NCBI GenBank assembly: GCA_043804515.1 | Contig: JAZDIZ010000176.1 | Location: 1 to 31,538, forward strand | Direction of reading: 5' to 3' | Length of the DNA stretch: 31,538 bases | Origin: Pseudomonadota bacterium | Lineage (GTDB): Bacteria; Bdellovibrionota_G; JALEGL01; DATDPG01 | Part shown: positions 8,897 to 18,143 of the stretch, in pieces | Layout: every line of letters begins with the position of its first letter | How positions within the stretch are numbered: position 1 is the first letter of the stretch | Notes under the pieces: model-generated | What the model was told of the DNA's origin: nothing | The model's input: the letters and a program-made list of their open reading frames with translations, nothing else | Databases searched by the model: none | Made by a program: the position numbers and the translations under genes

Positions 8897-9133
8897 GGCT
8901 ATCGAAGTATCTACCCAAGAGGAAGAAGCGCTGCCAGGTAAATTTGTACCCCCCCCGAAGACCTAATCGGGGCGTAATCGGGTGACAGCTATCCTATTTA
9001 AGCCTCTTGGGGATCTCGACTCCGGAAATAGGTAAGCTGTCCCCCCATTTCAAAGGAGAGGATGAACGAGTAACGACGCAGATGGCCCTTTTTCACCAAC
9101 CTGTTAATACTGCACGTTCGAGCCCGGCGGCGA

Positions 9134-10366
9134 ATGGACGCTCAGACAACAAAGACCGAAGTCACGGACCCGGAAACGGCGAGGATGATTCGCGTTCTCT
9201 TTCTGAACTCCTCCGTCAGCGGCGGGGGCGCCGGAAAAGCCCTAATCCCCCTGATCTCGGCGCTCGACCCCAAGAGAATCGAATCCCACGTCGTGATCCC
9301 TTTCGACGGCGTGGTCGGCGACCGCTTGCGTGAGATCGGCGCGGTTCTTCACTACTACCCGTTCATGGCCGAACGGTTCGGAAGGGCCTATCTGCCCGTT
9401 CCCCGTTTTCTCCGATTCGGAAACCTGGAACGCGCTCTCAACATCGCGCTCTTTCCGAAAATCATCTTCGATTTAAGGCCGCTTGTCCGGGGGCTGGAGA
9501 TCGACGCGATCTACGCCAATCACCAGATTCACGTGCCCGTCGCAATCGGCCTGGGGCGCCTGACAGGAAAACCCGTGATTCTCCATTCCCGCGAGGTTTT
9601 GACGGGGTTCGGAGGATGGTTGTTCCGCTGCCTTGCACGTTCGCCCGCGGTGAAAACCATCGTGGCGATCTCCCGCGTCGCCGCCAAAAACTATCGGCCG
9701 ACGGGGAAAACCAAGATCATTCTTGACGCTCTGGATATGGATGCCTACGCCGCGCCGGTTCAGCCGGCCCTTCGGAAGGAATTGGGGCTGTCTTCGGACC
9801 GCAAGATCGTGGGTTTCATGGGGCGCCTTGTGGAGCGCAAAGGCGTGCCCGTCCTTATGGAGGCGTTTGCCCGGGTCGCCCGGGAGATCCCGTCATCCAT
9901 CCTGGTGGTGGTGGGAGGCAACGATCCCGGCTCGAGAGTGGATCTCCTGGATCTGTACCGGAAGAAGGCTCGCGCGCTCGGGATCGAAAAGAGCGCTTTT
10001 TTCGTAGGATTCAGGAGGGATCCCCGGCCCTTCACGGCGGATTTCGACGTGGCCGTCATGCCCTCGACGGATCCGGAGCCCTTCGGTCTCGTGGCGCCCG
10101 AGGCAATGGCCTTGGGCATTCCCACGATCGTTTCCGACAACAGCGGAGCGGCCGAGGTCCTGCGGGATGGAATCGACGGTTTCCTGTTCAAGACACGTTC
10201 CGCCGAGGATCTTTCGCGGGTGATTCTCGCTCTTCTCAAAAATGAAACCCTCCGCCGGCGGGTCGGACAGGAAGGGCGTCGAAAGGCTTTCGAACTTTTC
10301 GGCTCGAAAAACTACGGGCGAGAGATGACACAAACAATCTTGAACGCAGCCGGATCAGCGGCCTGA
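9134..10366 (+). CDS. GT4 family glycosyltransferase
   Basis: N-terminal GGGAG loop, GRLVERKG, EPFGLVAPEAMALG (E-x7-E). Start may instead be the ATG of MIRVLF at 9185. Confidence 0.92.
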   Translation: MDAQTTKTEVTDPETARMIRVLFLNSSVSGGGAGKALIPLISALDPKRIESHVVIPFDGVVGDRLREIGAVLHYYPFMAERFGRAYLPVPRFLRFGNLERALNIALFPKIIFDLRPLVRGLEIDAIYANHQIHVPVAIGLGRLTGKPVILHSREVLTGFGGWLFRCLARSPAVKTIVAISRVAAKNYRPTGKTKIILDALDMDAYAAPVQPALRKELGLSSDRKIVGFMGRLVERKGVPVLMEAFARVAREIPSSILVVVGGNDPGSRVDLLDLYRKKARALGIEKSAFFVGFRRDPRPFTADFDVAVMPSTDPEPFGLVAPEAMALGIPTIVSDNSGAAEVLRDGIDGFLFKTRSAEDLSRVILALLKNETLRRRVGQEGRRKAFELFGSKNYGREMTQTILNAAGSAA

Positions 10367-10376
10367 GACGACAGGG

Positions 10377-11171
10377 ATGCCTCCTCGGACCCGGCGGAAG
10401 ATCGTAATCTGGATCGCGCTTCTTGCGGCGACTTCCGCGCTCGCCGTTTGGGGCGCATCGCATCTCCCGGGGCGTTTCGGCGCCGCCGGAATCTGCACCG
10501 TCTTGGCAGGAGCGGCCTTCGTCGCTCTGTACTTCCTGGACATGACCGTTCCCGGCGTCAACGTCTTCTCAAAAGCCGTAGTGCGCCTGCCCAAGGGGGG
10601 GAATTGCGTCGCTTTGACTTTCGATGACGGCCCCGTCGAACCGTTCACGCGCCAGATTCTGGACGTTCTGGACCGATTCAACGCCAAGGCCACTTTTTTC
10701 TGCCTCGGGGAAAATGTGGAACGTTCGCCCGACTTGGCGCGGGAGATCGTCCTGCGCGGCCACGCGCTCGGAAATCACTCCTTCAGCCACAGGCTCCTGC
10801 CTTCCCTGAAGGGAGCGGATGTTTCCCGGGAGATCGAGAGCACCGCGCAGTTGATGGAGCGGTTGACCGGTGCCAGGCCCAAATTGTTTCGCTGCCCCAA
10901 AGGATACAAGTCCAGGAGCGTGGCGAGACGCGTAGCCCGGGCCGGCCACACGCTGATCGGCTTCAGTTATCCCATTTACGACGTTGAGAATCCGGACGCT
11001 TCGATCCTGGCCGAGCGCGTGCTTGTGCGCCTGCGGGCCGGCGACATCGTACTCATGCACGACGGCTTTTCCACGCGGAAACCCGGATCGAGGGACCAGC
11101 TCGTCAAAGCTCTGCCGATGATTTTGGAGGGAATTCGGGCGCGCGGGATTACCCCGGTCGCTTTGAGCTGA
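10377..11171 (+). CDS. Membrane-anchored polysaccharide deacetylase (CE4/NodB domain)
   Basis: Two N-terminal TM segments; ALTFDDGP, KATFF, GNHSFSH, FRCPKG, IVLMHD motifs. Confidence 0.93.
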   Translation: MPPRTRRKIVIWIALLAATSALAVWGASHLPGRFGAAGICTVLAGAAFVALYFLDMTVPGVNVFSKAVVRLPKGGNCVALTFDDGPVEPFTRQILDVLDRFNAKATFFCLGENVERSPDLAREIVLRGHALGNHSFSHRLLPSLKGADVSREIESTAQLMERLTGARPKLFRCPKGYKSRSVARRVARAGHTLIGFSYPIYDVENPDASILAERVLVRLRAGDIVLMHDGFSTRKPGSRDQLVKALPMILEGIRARGITPVALS

Positions 11172-12474
11172 GCGCTTTCCGCCGCCTGCCCCAAAGCGCC
11201 GAGCCGGCCGCATGAGCGGAGGCCACGGCCGGTTTTCTTTCTTTCCGCGGGCGCGCGTCCCATGCCGGGTACGAAAGCACCTGGGCCTTGAGGCGCACCA
11301 GGATGTCCGTAATCCGTCGTGACTGATCGACCGCGGAAAACTCCGCGTACACGTCCGACGCCCCATGCCTTCCCATCTCCGTTCGAAGGTCGGGATCGGA
11401 CATAAGCCTGGTCAATGCGATCGCAAGATCGGAAGAGTCTCCCGGAATGCTCCACAGGCCGTTCAGGCCGTGCCGGACGACCTCCACGGCCCCGCCCAGC
11501 GCCGACACCACGGACGGGATGCCGAAGGCCATCGCTTCGATCAGGACGCGGCCGAACGACTCCGGCTCCACCGAGGGAAGGGCGAGGATGTCGAAATCGG
11601 AAACATACGGGCGGATGTCCTCACGGAACCCGATGAAGAATGTCCGGTCCCCGATTCCCATCGTCCGGGCCATGTCTTCGTACTTTCCGCGCAGGTCCTT
11701 GTGAACGCCGCCGTCGTTATCCCCGACCAAGGCCAGCACCGCTGTGGGGAAAAGAGAGGCGATTCTTTGAAACGCCTCGAGAAGAACGGGGATCCCCTTT
11801 TTCGCAAGAATCCGGCCCGCGTAACCGATCACCAAGGCGTCTTCGGCGATCCCGCACTCCTTCCGGAGTTTGGGCTGGAAGGTGGCGCGATTGAAAGTCT
11901 GGAGATCCACGAAGTTGTGAACCACCTCCACCTTTTCCTCGGTGTACTCGCGGTAGATCAGGGAGGAGGCCAGGGAGTTACAGATGATCTTCTTCGTGCA
12001 TTTCAAGTCGGCCAGGAACCGGTAGAACTTCCGGCCGAACCAGGCCACGTGAATGTTTCGGGCGTGGAACACGACGGGGATTCCCAGACGCGACCCGACC
12101 CAAGCTCCCACGGGGTTGGCCAACATGTGATTGCAGTAAATAAGGTCGGGTTGGATTTCGCGGGCCAAGTCGGTGATTTTTTTCATGGCGACCGGGATCG
12201 CCACCCAGTTGCTCACGAAGTGAAGCCATCTCCATCCCAGGCGTTCGCAGAATCGGTAAGGGCTCCGCTGGATCCGCTCGACGAACTCCCTCACATACCA
12301 GATCCGCTCCACGTTCTTGAGATGTTCCCCAATGACGCCTTGCTCCGGCATCACAACGTGGGCCTCGATCCTGGAATCCATGTTCTCCAGGTAGGTCTGC
12401 AGGCTCCGCCCCGCCCCGCCGCCATTGACACAGCTGTTGAGGAATAGAACCCGTACTCGTGGGTTCGCGCTCAT
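11149..12474 (-). CDS. GT4 family glycosyltransferase (paralogue of 9134-10366)
   Basis: RVLFLNSCVNGGGAG, GRILAKKG, ESFGRVLIEAMAFG. ATG 12474 preferred over TTG 12480; 3' end overlaps the convergent deacetylase by 23 nt. Confidence 0.92.
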   Translation of the reverse strand: MSANPRVRVLFLNSCVNGGGAGRSLQTYLENMDSRIEAHVVMPEQGVIGEHLKNVERIWYVREFVERIQRSPYRFCERLGWRWLHFVSNWVAIPVAMKKITDLAREIQPDLIYCNHMLANPVGAWVGSRLGIPVVFHARNIHVAWFGRKFYRFLADLKCTKKIICNSLASSLIYREYTEEKVEVVHNFVDLQTFNRATFQPKLRKECGIAEDALVIGYAGRILAKKGIPVLLEAFQRIASLFPTAVLALVGDNDGGVHKDLRGKYEDMARTMGIGDRTFFIGFREDIRPYVSDFDILALPSVEPESFGRVLIEAMAFGIPSVVSALGGAVEVVRHGLNGLWSIPGDSSDLAIALTRLMSDPDLRTEMGRHGASDVYAEFSAVDQSRRITDILVRLKAQVLSYPAWDARPRKERKPAVASAHAAGSALWGRRRKALSSKRPG

Positions 12475-12493
12475 TTCCAATGATCCTGAATAC

Positions 12494-14023
12494 TTAATTA
12501 CCTTTTATCCGCGTTGAAATCCATTTTCGGGCCGCCCCTATGCTTTTCGGAAGGCGCTCCCGGACTTGGCGGAGTATATCACGGTCCCGCTCTTCGATGG
12601 GCAGACTCAGCATCGCGGCCGTATAGATGAGTATGAAGAAAAGTGCCATGCCGATTTGGGAGACCAGGCTTGTCGGGTGGGTCCAGACCATGACCAGGCC
12701 CGTAATTCCACAGGAGATGAAAAACGCAAGTATCGGTTTTAATTGACCTTTTTCGAAAGGACGGGCTCCTACGAGCCTTCGCGCCTGATCCAACCGCCAA
12801 AGAGCTATCACCGTAAACGATATACAAGTAGCCCAGGCGGCCCCTTCGAGGCCCCATCGGGGCACCATGAACCGGAGTAGCAACAGGTTCAGGCCGATCA
12901 TGACCGCCGAATTGATGAGGGGAACATACGCATACCCCACCATCAAGAGGACTCCCTCAAGCAGCCCCAGCGTGACACAAACCAACTGCCCCCCGGCCAT
13001 GATCCGAAGCGCGGCGCTCCCGGGTTCAAAGGCCTCGCCGAAGAAACGAAGGAACACTTGGGGCACCACCAGCATGACTCCGAAGAGGGCCATGGAAGGG
13101 ATCATCACCCACCGCAAGGCCAGCGACAGGTTCCGGTTCAAGCGCACGGTGTCCGCGCGTTCGTGATGGGCTTGCGCCATCGGCATCAAAACGGGGTCGA
13201 CCGTGGCGCGAAGCTTGCGAAGGACCGAGCCGATCTCCAGGACGGCGCTGTAGATGCCGACGTTCGTCAGGGACATGAACCTCCCGATGACCATGACGTC
13301 CAGGCGGTTCTTGAACGTGTTGAGGAGTTCGTTGGCGCCCATCGGGACGCCCGTGTTCCAGAGAAGCTTCCAATTCACGTTGGCGAGGGGTCCCTTCTTC
13401 GCAGGGTAGATCTTGAGGAAAAACACCCAAGCCAGAACCATCGCGGCCAGAGCGGCGATGTTGTGCGCGAAAGAAAGGCCCTGAACCCCCAGGTCGAGAT
13501 GGAGCGCCAATATCCCGAGAACGAGAATGAGAAGCGGTTCGACCACCGAGCGGACGTAAAGCTCGAACTGCATCCGGAGTGTCGGGCGGATCGAATACAG
13601 GATCATCGTGGTCGCGCAAACCGCCGGCATACCCCAGCAGAAATTCCGGAGCGGGGACCCCAACCGCTCGGTTCCCAAGATGAGCCGTGAAACAGGGTCG
13701 GCCAAGAGCCCCAACGCCAAAGCCACAACGCCGCTGGTCCCGACGCCCACCATGAGGGTCTTCTGAACCACGGCCCGGACATCGTCCTTCCGCCCCTGTG
13801 CCAAGAGTCTTCCCACGAGCCGGGTGATCCCCATATCCAATCCCAGCGCCGCCAGCTTGCTCACGATTTCCTGAGTGGCGAACGCCAACATGTACAGGCC
13901 GAACTTTTCGGCCCCCAGTATGCGCGAAAAAATGATGAGGAAAAGAGGCCGGCTCGCCTTGGCCAGCATCCCCAGGACATTCACCAGCACGCCCTTCGCC
14001 AGCTGTCGATGGTCGTTTTCCAT
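12494..14023 (-). CDS. Wzx-like oligosaccharide flippase (MOP superfamily)
   Basis: ~12-14 TM helices; SRILGAEKFGLY, RLDVMVIG...VGIYS, PRWGLEGAAWAT motifs. Confidence 0.9.
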   Translation of the reverse strand: MENDHRQLAKGVLVNVLGMLAKASRPLFLIIFSRILGAEKFGLYMLAFATQEIVSKLAALGLDMGITRLVGRLLAQGRKDDVRAVVQKTLMVGVGTSGVVALALGLLADPVSRLILGTERLGSPLRNFCWGMPAVCATTMILYSIRPTLRMQFELYVRSVVEPLLILVLGILALHLDLGVQGLSFAHNIAALAAMVLAWVFFLKIYPAKKGPLANVNWKLLWNTGVPMGANELLNTFKNRLDVMVIGRFMSLTNVGIYSAVLEIGSVLRKLRATVDPVLMPMAQAHHERADTVRLNRNLSLALRWVMIPSMALFGVMLVVPQVFLRFFGEAFEPGSAALRIMAGGQLVCVTLGLLEGVLLMVGYAYVPLINSAVMIGLNLLLLRFMVPRWGLEGAAWATCISFTVIALWRLDQARRLVGARPFEKGQLKPILAFFISCGITGLVMVWTHPTSLVSQIGMALFFILIYTAAMLSLPIEERDRDILRQVRERLPKSIGAARKWISTRIKGN

Positions 14024-14027
14024 GCGC

Positions 14028-15545
14028 TCAGAGAGTGTAATCGACGTTCAGGCCGGACTGAACCATCCAGCGTTTCTGCAATGTCTGGTAGCCGAAGTGG
14101 CTGACCCGTTCGATTCCGAACCTGGGGCCGATGGCCAAAGCTTCGGTCGGCCGGAATCTGAGGTCGAACTCCATGCGGTAACGCAGCTCCGGAGATTGAT
14201 ACGTGGGCTCGGCGCCGGTGATCGATCCGCCGCTGATGGACTCCCCGGACTTGCCCCGATCTTCAAACGCGAACGTGGCCTTCCCCCAGAACTCCTTGGA
14301 CGGAAAATAGCGGAGGATCGCGTAGATGCCCATGGCGTCCGGCCCCAAGGGATGGCCCAGCATCCGCCCTTCGTGCGTGTAGCCGCTCGTGAACGTACCG
14401 TGCCGATAGGCCACGTGATTCGTCCGCACCCATTCCACGGCGAAATCGGCTTTGCCCTCCGGATCGATCCGGGGAAAATAAAGACCCATCAGATACATGG
14501 TGTCCCGGGGATCGAACGGGAACGGGCCGCAGCAATCCTCGATCATAAGCTCGCTGTACAACTCGATTTCGATAGCAGGGATCCGGAAGCGCCCCGACAG
14601 GAGAAAGTTCCGATCCGCAGAGTCCGGGGCGTCTCCGATTTTTTCCGAGAAGTAAGCCATCGGATTGTTGGTCGGCCCTCCCTCCCCTCCGAAGAGCACC
14701 GTCTGTCCCAGGCCGAACTCAAAGCGTTTATGCGGAAGAAACGAAATGAACGTTCCCACCAATCGCGTGTGGGGGAAGACGCGGTCTTCCCCCAGGATTC
14801 CGAAAAAGGCGTCGAACTGCGTCGGTCCCAGATACTTGAGAACCCAAGGCGGTGTCACCGGCTCGATCGAACGCACCCTCACAAGGTCAAGCGGCGGGTT
14901 ATCGCCTGAGAATAGAAGGTGCCCGTAACGCCCGGAACCCCATAACAAGTTGGCCCTCCCTCCCTCGACGGCAAGCCGGTTCAAGCGGATCGTCGCTACG
15001 GCCTCCTTGAGATAGAGAGACGCGTTGTCGGTGAGCGCCGTGTCTCTGGACGAAAGCCTCAGGACCGGCGTCGCATCAAAGGAGAAATAGTCGGTCCAGT
15101 GTCCCGAAAGCCGCATTCCGGCCGTTCCCATCTGGCCTCCGTCGATGAAGGCTCCTTCGTTGCCCGCCAAGAGCGGGTTTTCATAGGCCGGAAGCTGCAA
15201 CAATTTCACGGCCGGCGGCCTCGCGTAGAAATAGCTCCCCAAAACTTTGACGGACAGATGAAACGGGCCGGTGTTCACCACGGTCTTTCCGATGAGAGAC
15301 GAAAGCGCATCGATCTGATCGCTGACGGACTTGTCCTCCGGCTCCAAATCCCCCAGAAGCGACAACGCATAGTCCGTGGTGACCGGCCGGATCTGAGAGA
15401 CCCAGGCCCCGTTCCCTTCCGAGTTCATCCAATGATCCAGCACGGCCATCTCCCACGAATCCCACGGCAAGATCTCGCCCCTAGCCGGGCCCGCCGGCAG
15501 AATGAGGCCCGCAACAAACAGAATGGCGAGGAAGCGGACTCTCAT
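14028..15545 (-). CDS. wzi: Capsule assembly Wzi family outer-membrane protein
   Basis: Signal peptide from ATG 15545 (MRVRFLAILF...ARG); GRANLLWGSGRYGHLLFSGDNPP, YRHGTFTSGYTHEGRMLGHPLGPD motifs; aromatic barrel-type C-terminus (VDYTL). ATGA overlap with the upstream ORF. Confidence 0.85.
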   Translation of the reverse strand: MRVRFLAILFVAGLILPAGPARGEILPWDSWEMAVLDHWMNSEGNGAWVSQIRPVTTDYALSLLGDLEPEDKSVSDQIDALSSLIGKTVVNTGPFHLSVKVLGSYFYARPPAVKLLQLPAYENPLLAGNEGAFIDGGQMGTAGMRLSGHWTDYFSFDATPVLRLSSRDTALTDNASLYLKEAVATIRLNRLAVEGGRANLLWGSGRYGHLLFSGDNPPLDLVRVRSIEPVTPPWVLKYLGPTQFDAFFGILGEDRVFPHTRLVGTFISFLPHKRFEFGLGQTVLFGGEGGPTNNPMAYFSEKIGDAPDSADRNFLLSGRFRIPAIEIELYSELMIEDCCGPFPFDPRDTMYLMGLYFPRIDPEGKADFAVEWVRTNHVAYRHGTFTSGYTHEGRMLGHPLGPDAMGIYAILRYFPSKEFWGKATFAFEDRGKSGESISGGSITGAEPTYQSPELRYRMEFDLRFRPTEALAIGPRFGIERVSHFGYQTLQKRWMVQSGLNVDYTL

Positions 15546-15814
15546 GGCTGGCCCTTCGTCGGAATCGACGTCCGCCTGAATGGATCGGAATTTAGATAAC
15601 CGAAATCCTCCGGACGATAGGCCTTCGGACCGGCGTTCGCTTCCTCCTTCACTTCCGGTTTCGGCGTGGACCGGACCGCCGCATAGACCAATAGGCCGAT
15701 GAGAAGCACCATGCCGGTCCCCGCTACGATCATCACCGTATCGCGCCCTTTCGCCCGGCCCGAACCGGGAAGAATGAGAAACACGGCCAGGAAAATCGCG
15801 AGAAAAATCCGCAT
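15542..15814 (-). CDS. Small hypothetical membrane/exported protein (90 aa)
   Basis: Two hydrophobic segments plus a hydrophilic tail; stop overlaps the wzi ATG (ATGA). Confidence 0.6.
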   Translation of the reverse strand: MRIFLAIFLAVFLILPGSGRAKGRDTVMIVAGTGMVLLIGLLVYAAVRSTPKPEVKEEANAGPKAYRPEDFGYLNSDPFRRTSIPTKGQP

Positions 15815-15911
15815 GGGAAGGAGCGCATCTTACCCGCAACCGGGGATTCAGGTCGAGATTCGGCGCCCCCTTTGCGGGACCGACCTGTGAAGATACAGTG
15901 ACGGCGCTTCC

Positions 15912-16349
15912 ATGACTTCACCCAACATTCTCGAAACCGAGGAGAGCCTTTCCAAGATCGTCCGTGAGATTCGAACGGTGGCCGTCGTGGGGATGCAGGA
16001 CGAGCGAAAGGCCGATCGCCCCGCGTTTCTCATCCCTGCGCGAACTCGGGCCGCAGGAATCCGGGTGATCCCCGTGAACCCGATGATCAAGGCCTCCCAG
16101 GGGGAAAAGGCATATCCCGACTTGGCTTCGGTCCCCGAAGCCTTCGACACCGTGAACGTATTCCGCAGGTCGGAGGTTCTGGAAAGCCTGGTCGATGAGA
16201 TCTTGCGACTTCCGGAATTCCGCCGCCCCGCCGTGGTATGGATCCAAAGCGGGATTCGGAATCAGCGGGCCGCTGAAAAGTTGGCCGGCGCCGGGATAAA
16301 GGTGGTCATGGACGCGTGCCTAGGCGTCTATGTGTCGAGATACCGATAA
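15912..16349 (+). CDS. CoA-binding protein (YccU-like)
   Basis: TVAVVG, VIPVNP, GEKAYPDL, DTVNVFRR, VWIQSGI, GIKVVMDAC motifs. Confidence 0.92.
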   Translation: MTSPNILETEESLSKIVREIRTVAVVGMQDERKADRPAFLIPARTRAAGIRVIPVNPMIKASQGEKAYPDLASVPEAFDTVNVFRRSEVLESLVDEILRLPEFRRPAVVWIQSGIRNQRAAEKLAGAGIKVVMDACLGVYVSRYR

Positions 16350-16373
16350 CCCGGCAGGTCCTATCAAGAAAAC

Positions 16374-16403
16374 AAAAGGGGCGCGCTTGCGCACGCCCCT
16401 TTT
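16374..16403. terminator. Bidirectional intrinsic terminator
   Basis: Minus strand reads AAAAGGGGCGTGC-GCAA-GCGCGCCCCTTTT: a GC stem with one G.U pair, a GNRA loop and A/T tracts on both sides, between convergent genes. Confidence 0.85.
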
Positions 16404-16427
16404 CAATCACACCTAATGATGCTTGCG

Positions 16428-17315
16428 TTACAGCACGGTACAGCTGCCGACCGACGTGATCGTCGTCGTCGCCGAACATCCGTCCGATTTCTCCGTGATG
16501 TTGCACTGGACCGTCGCCGTTGAGTCCTTGACCTTCCACGTGGAGATCAACGTTAAACAATCAGCGTCGCCGGGATACATACACAATATCGCGGGCGCGA
16601 CCGGGGCGCAAACCACTTCGCCTCCGAGGCCGTCGTCCACCAGCAACTCACCATTAAACGTACAGCCGGTAAAACTTTCGCTTACGCTGTCGATGGAGCA
16701 TGACAGGTCGGTGCAGGCCACAAAACTCGCTGTGGATACTTCTTGACCGCTGAACAGTACGGCCAAGTCGCCGTTCATATTCATCGACCCGTTACAAGTT
16801 AATGTGGAAAATTCCCCGCCCGTGCAACTCACGGTGAAACCACTCAGGGTCATCGTCGATTCCGTGTCATCGCCGTTGATCGAATACGAGAACGTGCCAG
16901 CAGCCGTACAGCCGGTGCCTTCAAGAAGGCCGGCGTCCGACAGGCACTGCAAGTTCACACTTCCCGATTTCTGATCCGTGGCTATCGAGGCGCAGTCTCC
17001 CAGCGAACTCGCGTCAAGCGAACGGATCCCGGGGAATTGCCGCGGGAGAACCTTTCGAAGGGCCCCGATCGCGTGCGAGACGATTTTGGTGGTAGGGACA
17101 CCTAACCCGTTTAACAATCCACCGACGGCTTCCGAGACCTTGCCCGTATCCACGACGCTCTGAACAACCGCTGTCGCGTTGGCGTTTGTGATCGTCCCCG
17201 AGGGACTCGTGAACGAGGCTTCACTGGCCGTCTTCAGATTACTGCCGCCCCCGCAACGCACAATCGCGACCGTCGCGACGAGCGCGATCGCCATCAACAA
17301 GAAACTCTTTTTCAT
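16428..17315 (-). CDS. Cys-rich putative lipoprotein, unknown function
   Basis: GGAGGAG RBS; MKK + hydrophobic stretch + C-GGGS; 14 further Cys; Ser/Thr/Gly-rich; followed by a terminator. Confidence 0.8.
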   Translation of the reverse strand: MKKSFLLMAIALVATVAIVRCGGGSNLKTASEASFTSPSGTITNANATAVVQSVVDTGKVSEAVGGLLNGLGVPTTKIVSHAIGALRKVLPRQFPGIRSLDASSLGDCASIATDQKSGSVNLQCLSDAGLLEGTGCTAAGTFSYSINGDDTESTMTLSGFTVSCTGGEFSTLTCNGSMNMNGDLAVLFSGQEVSTASFVACTDLSCSIDSVSESFTGCTFNGELLVDDGLGGEVVCAPVAPAILCMYPGDADCLTLISTWKVKDSTATVQCNITEKSDGCSATTTITSVGSCTVL

Positions 17316-17410
17316 TTTCGAAACTCCTCCGCGGAAAAATGATTCAAGGTGTCAAAAGTAAGCCGGGATTGTAGAGAGGCGCCGTTCCAAGTCAAAAGAA
17401 ACCGTCGGCG

Positions 17411-17962
17411 CTAGAACCGGGCGTCAAGGCCGAAGCGGAACAGGTCCATCCCCAGTTGGCTCACGGCGGAACCGGCACCGAAGAAGTAATAGATGTCGAA
17501 GTCGTAGCGGAATTCCATCCCGGGCCAGCCGATCGCATCCCCCAGCTTCCAGACAAAGCCCCCGCCCCCCGAAATCGCGATGTCCATCTTATCGCTTGCG
17601 CCCGAAATGCTCGGCGCACCTCGGAGAAGAGCGGGCGCGTCCAGCCGGATGTACGGCCTCCAGTTCTCCCCGGGCATGAAATGTCTCTCGATGCCGGGTT
17701 CCAGGCCGATCTTGCGGAGGGTTCCGTCCCGTTTCTCGGCATCAAAGCTGAAGCGAAGCACATTCGCGATCTCATCGTTCCACCAGTAGCGGCCGTCCAC
17801 CCCCACATTCAGGTTCTGTCGGCCCCGGACGTTTTGGCCGTCCTGCTGCAGTTGAAACGGAAGCTCGGTGTCGATCCCTATACCTATAGGCCGAAGATCG
17901 GACGCTTGAGGGGAGCCGGACCAAAGGAGAACGCCGACCAACAAAGGAAGAACGGTTTTCAT
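17411..17962 (-). CDS. Small outer-membrane beta-barrel protein
   Basis: Signal peptide from ATG 17962 (MKTVLPLLVGVLLW...QA); alternating amphipathic strands; C-terminal FRFGLDARF ending in Phe (BAM-type signal). Confidence 0.75.
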   Translation of the reverse strand: MKTVLPLLVGVLLWSGSPQASDLRPIGIGIDTELPFQLQQDGQNVRGRQNLNVGVDGRYWWNDEIANVLRFSFDAEKRDGTLRKIGLEPGIERHFMPGENWRPYIRLDAPALLRGAPSISGASDKMDIAISGGGGFVWKLGDAIGWPGMEFRYDFDIYYFFGAGSAVSQLGMDLFRFGLDARF

Positions 17963-18143
17963 ATCGGGCCGAGAGACTATCCGATCGGCATCCACAATCC
18001 AGAAAAAGGCCGGGAGACAAAACAGCCCGCGAAACAATACCCCAGGAATAACGACGAGATAGAGTGGCTGTGATTTCGCCTTACGCCGCCCGCTATTAGC
18101 CCTTGAAACCTTTGCAACAGTGGCCTTTACTATCGATTCGGGC

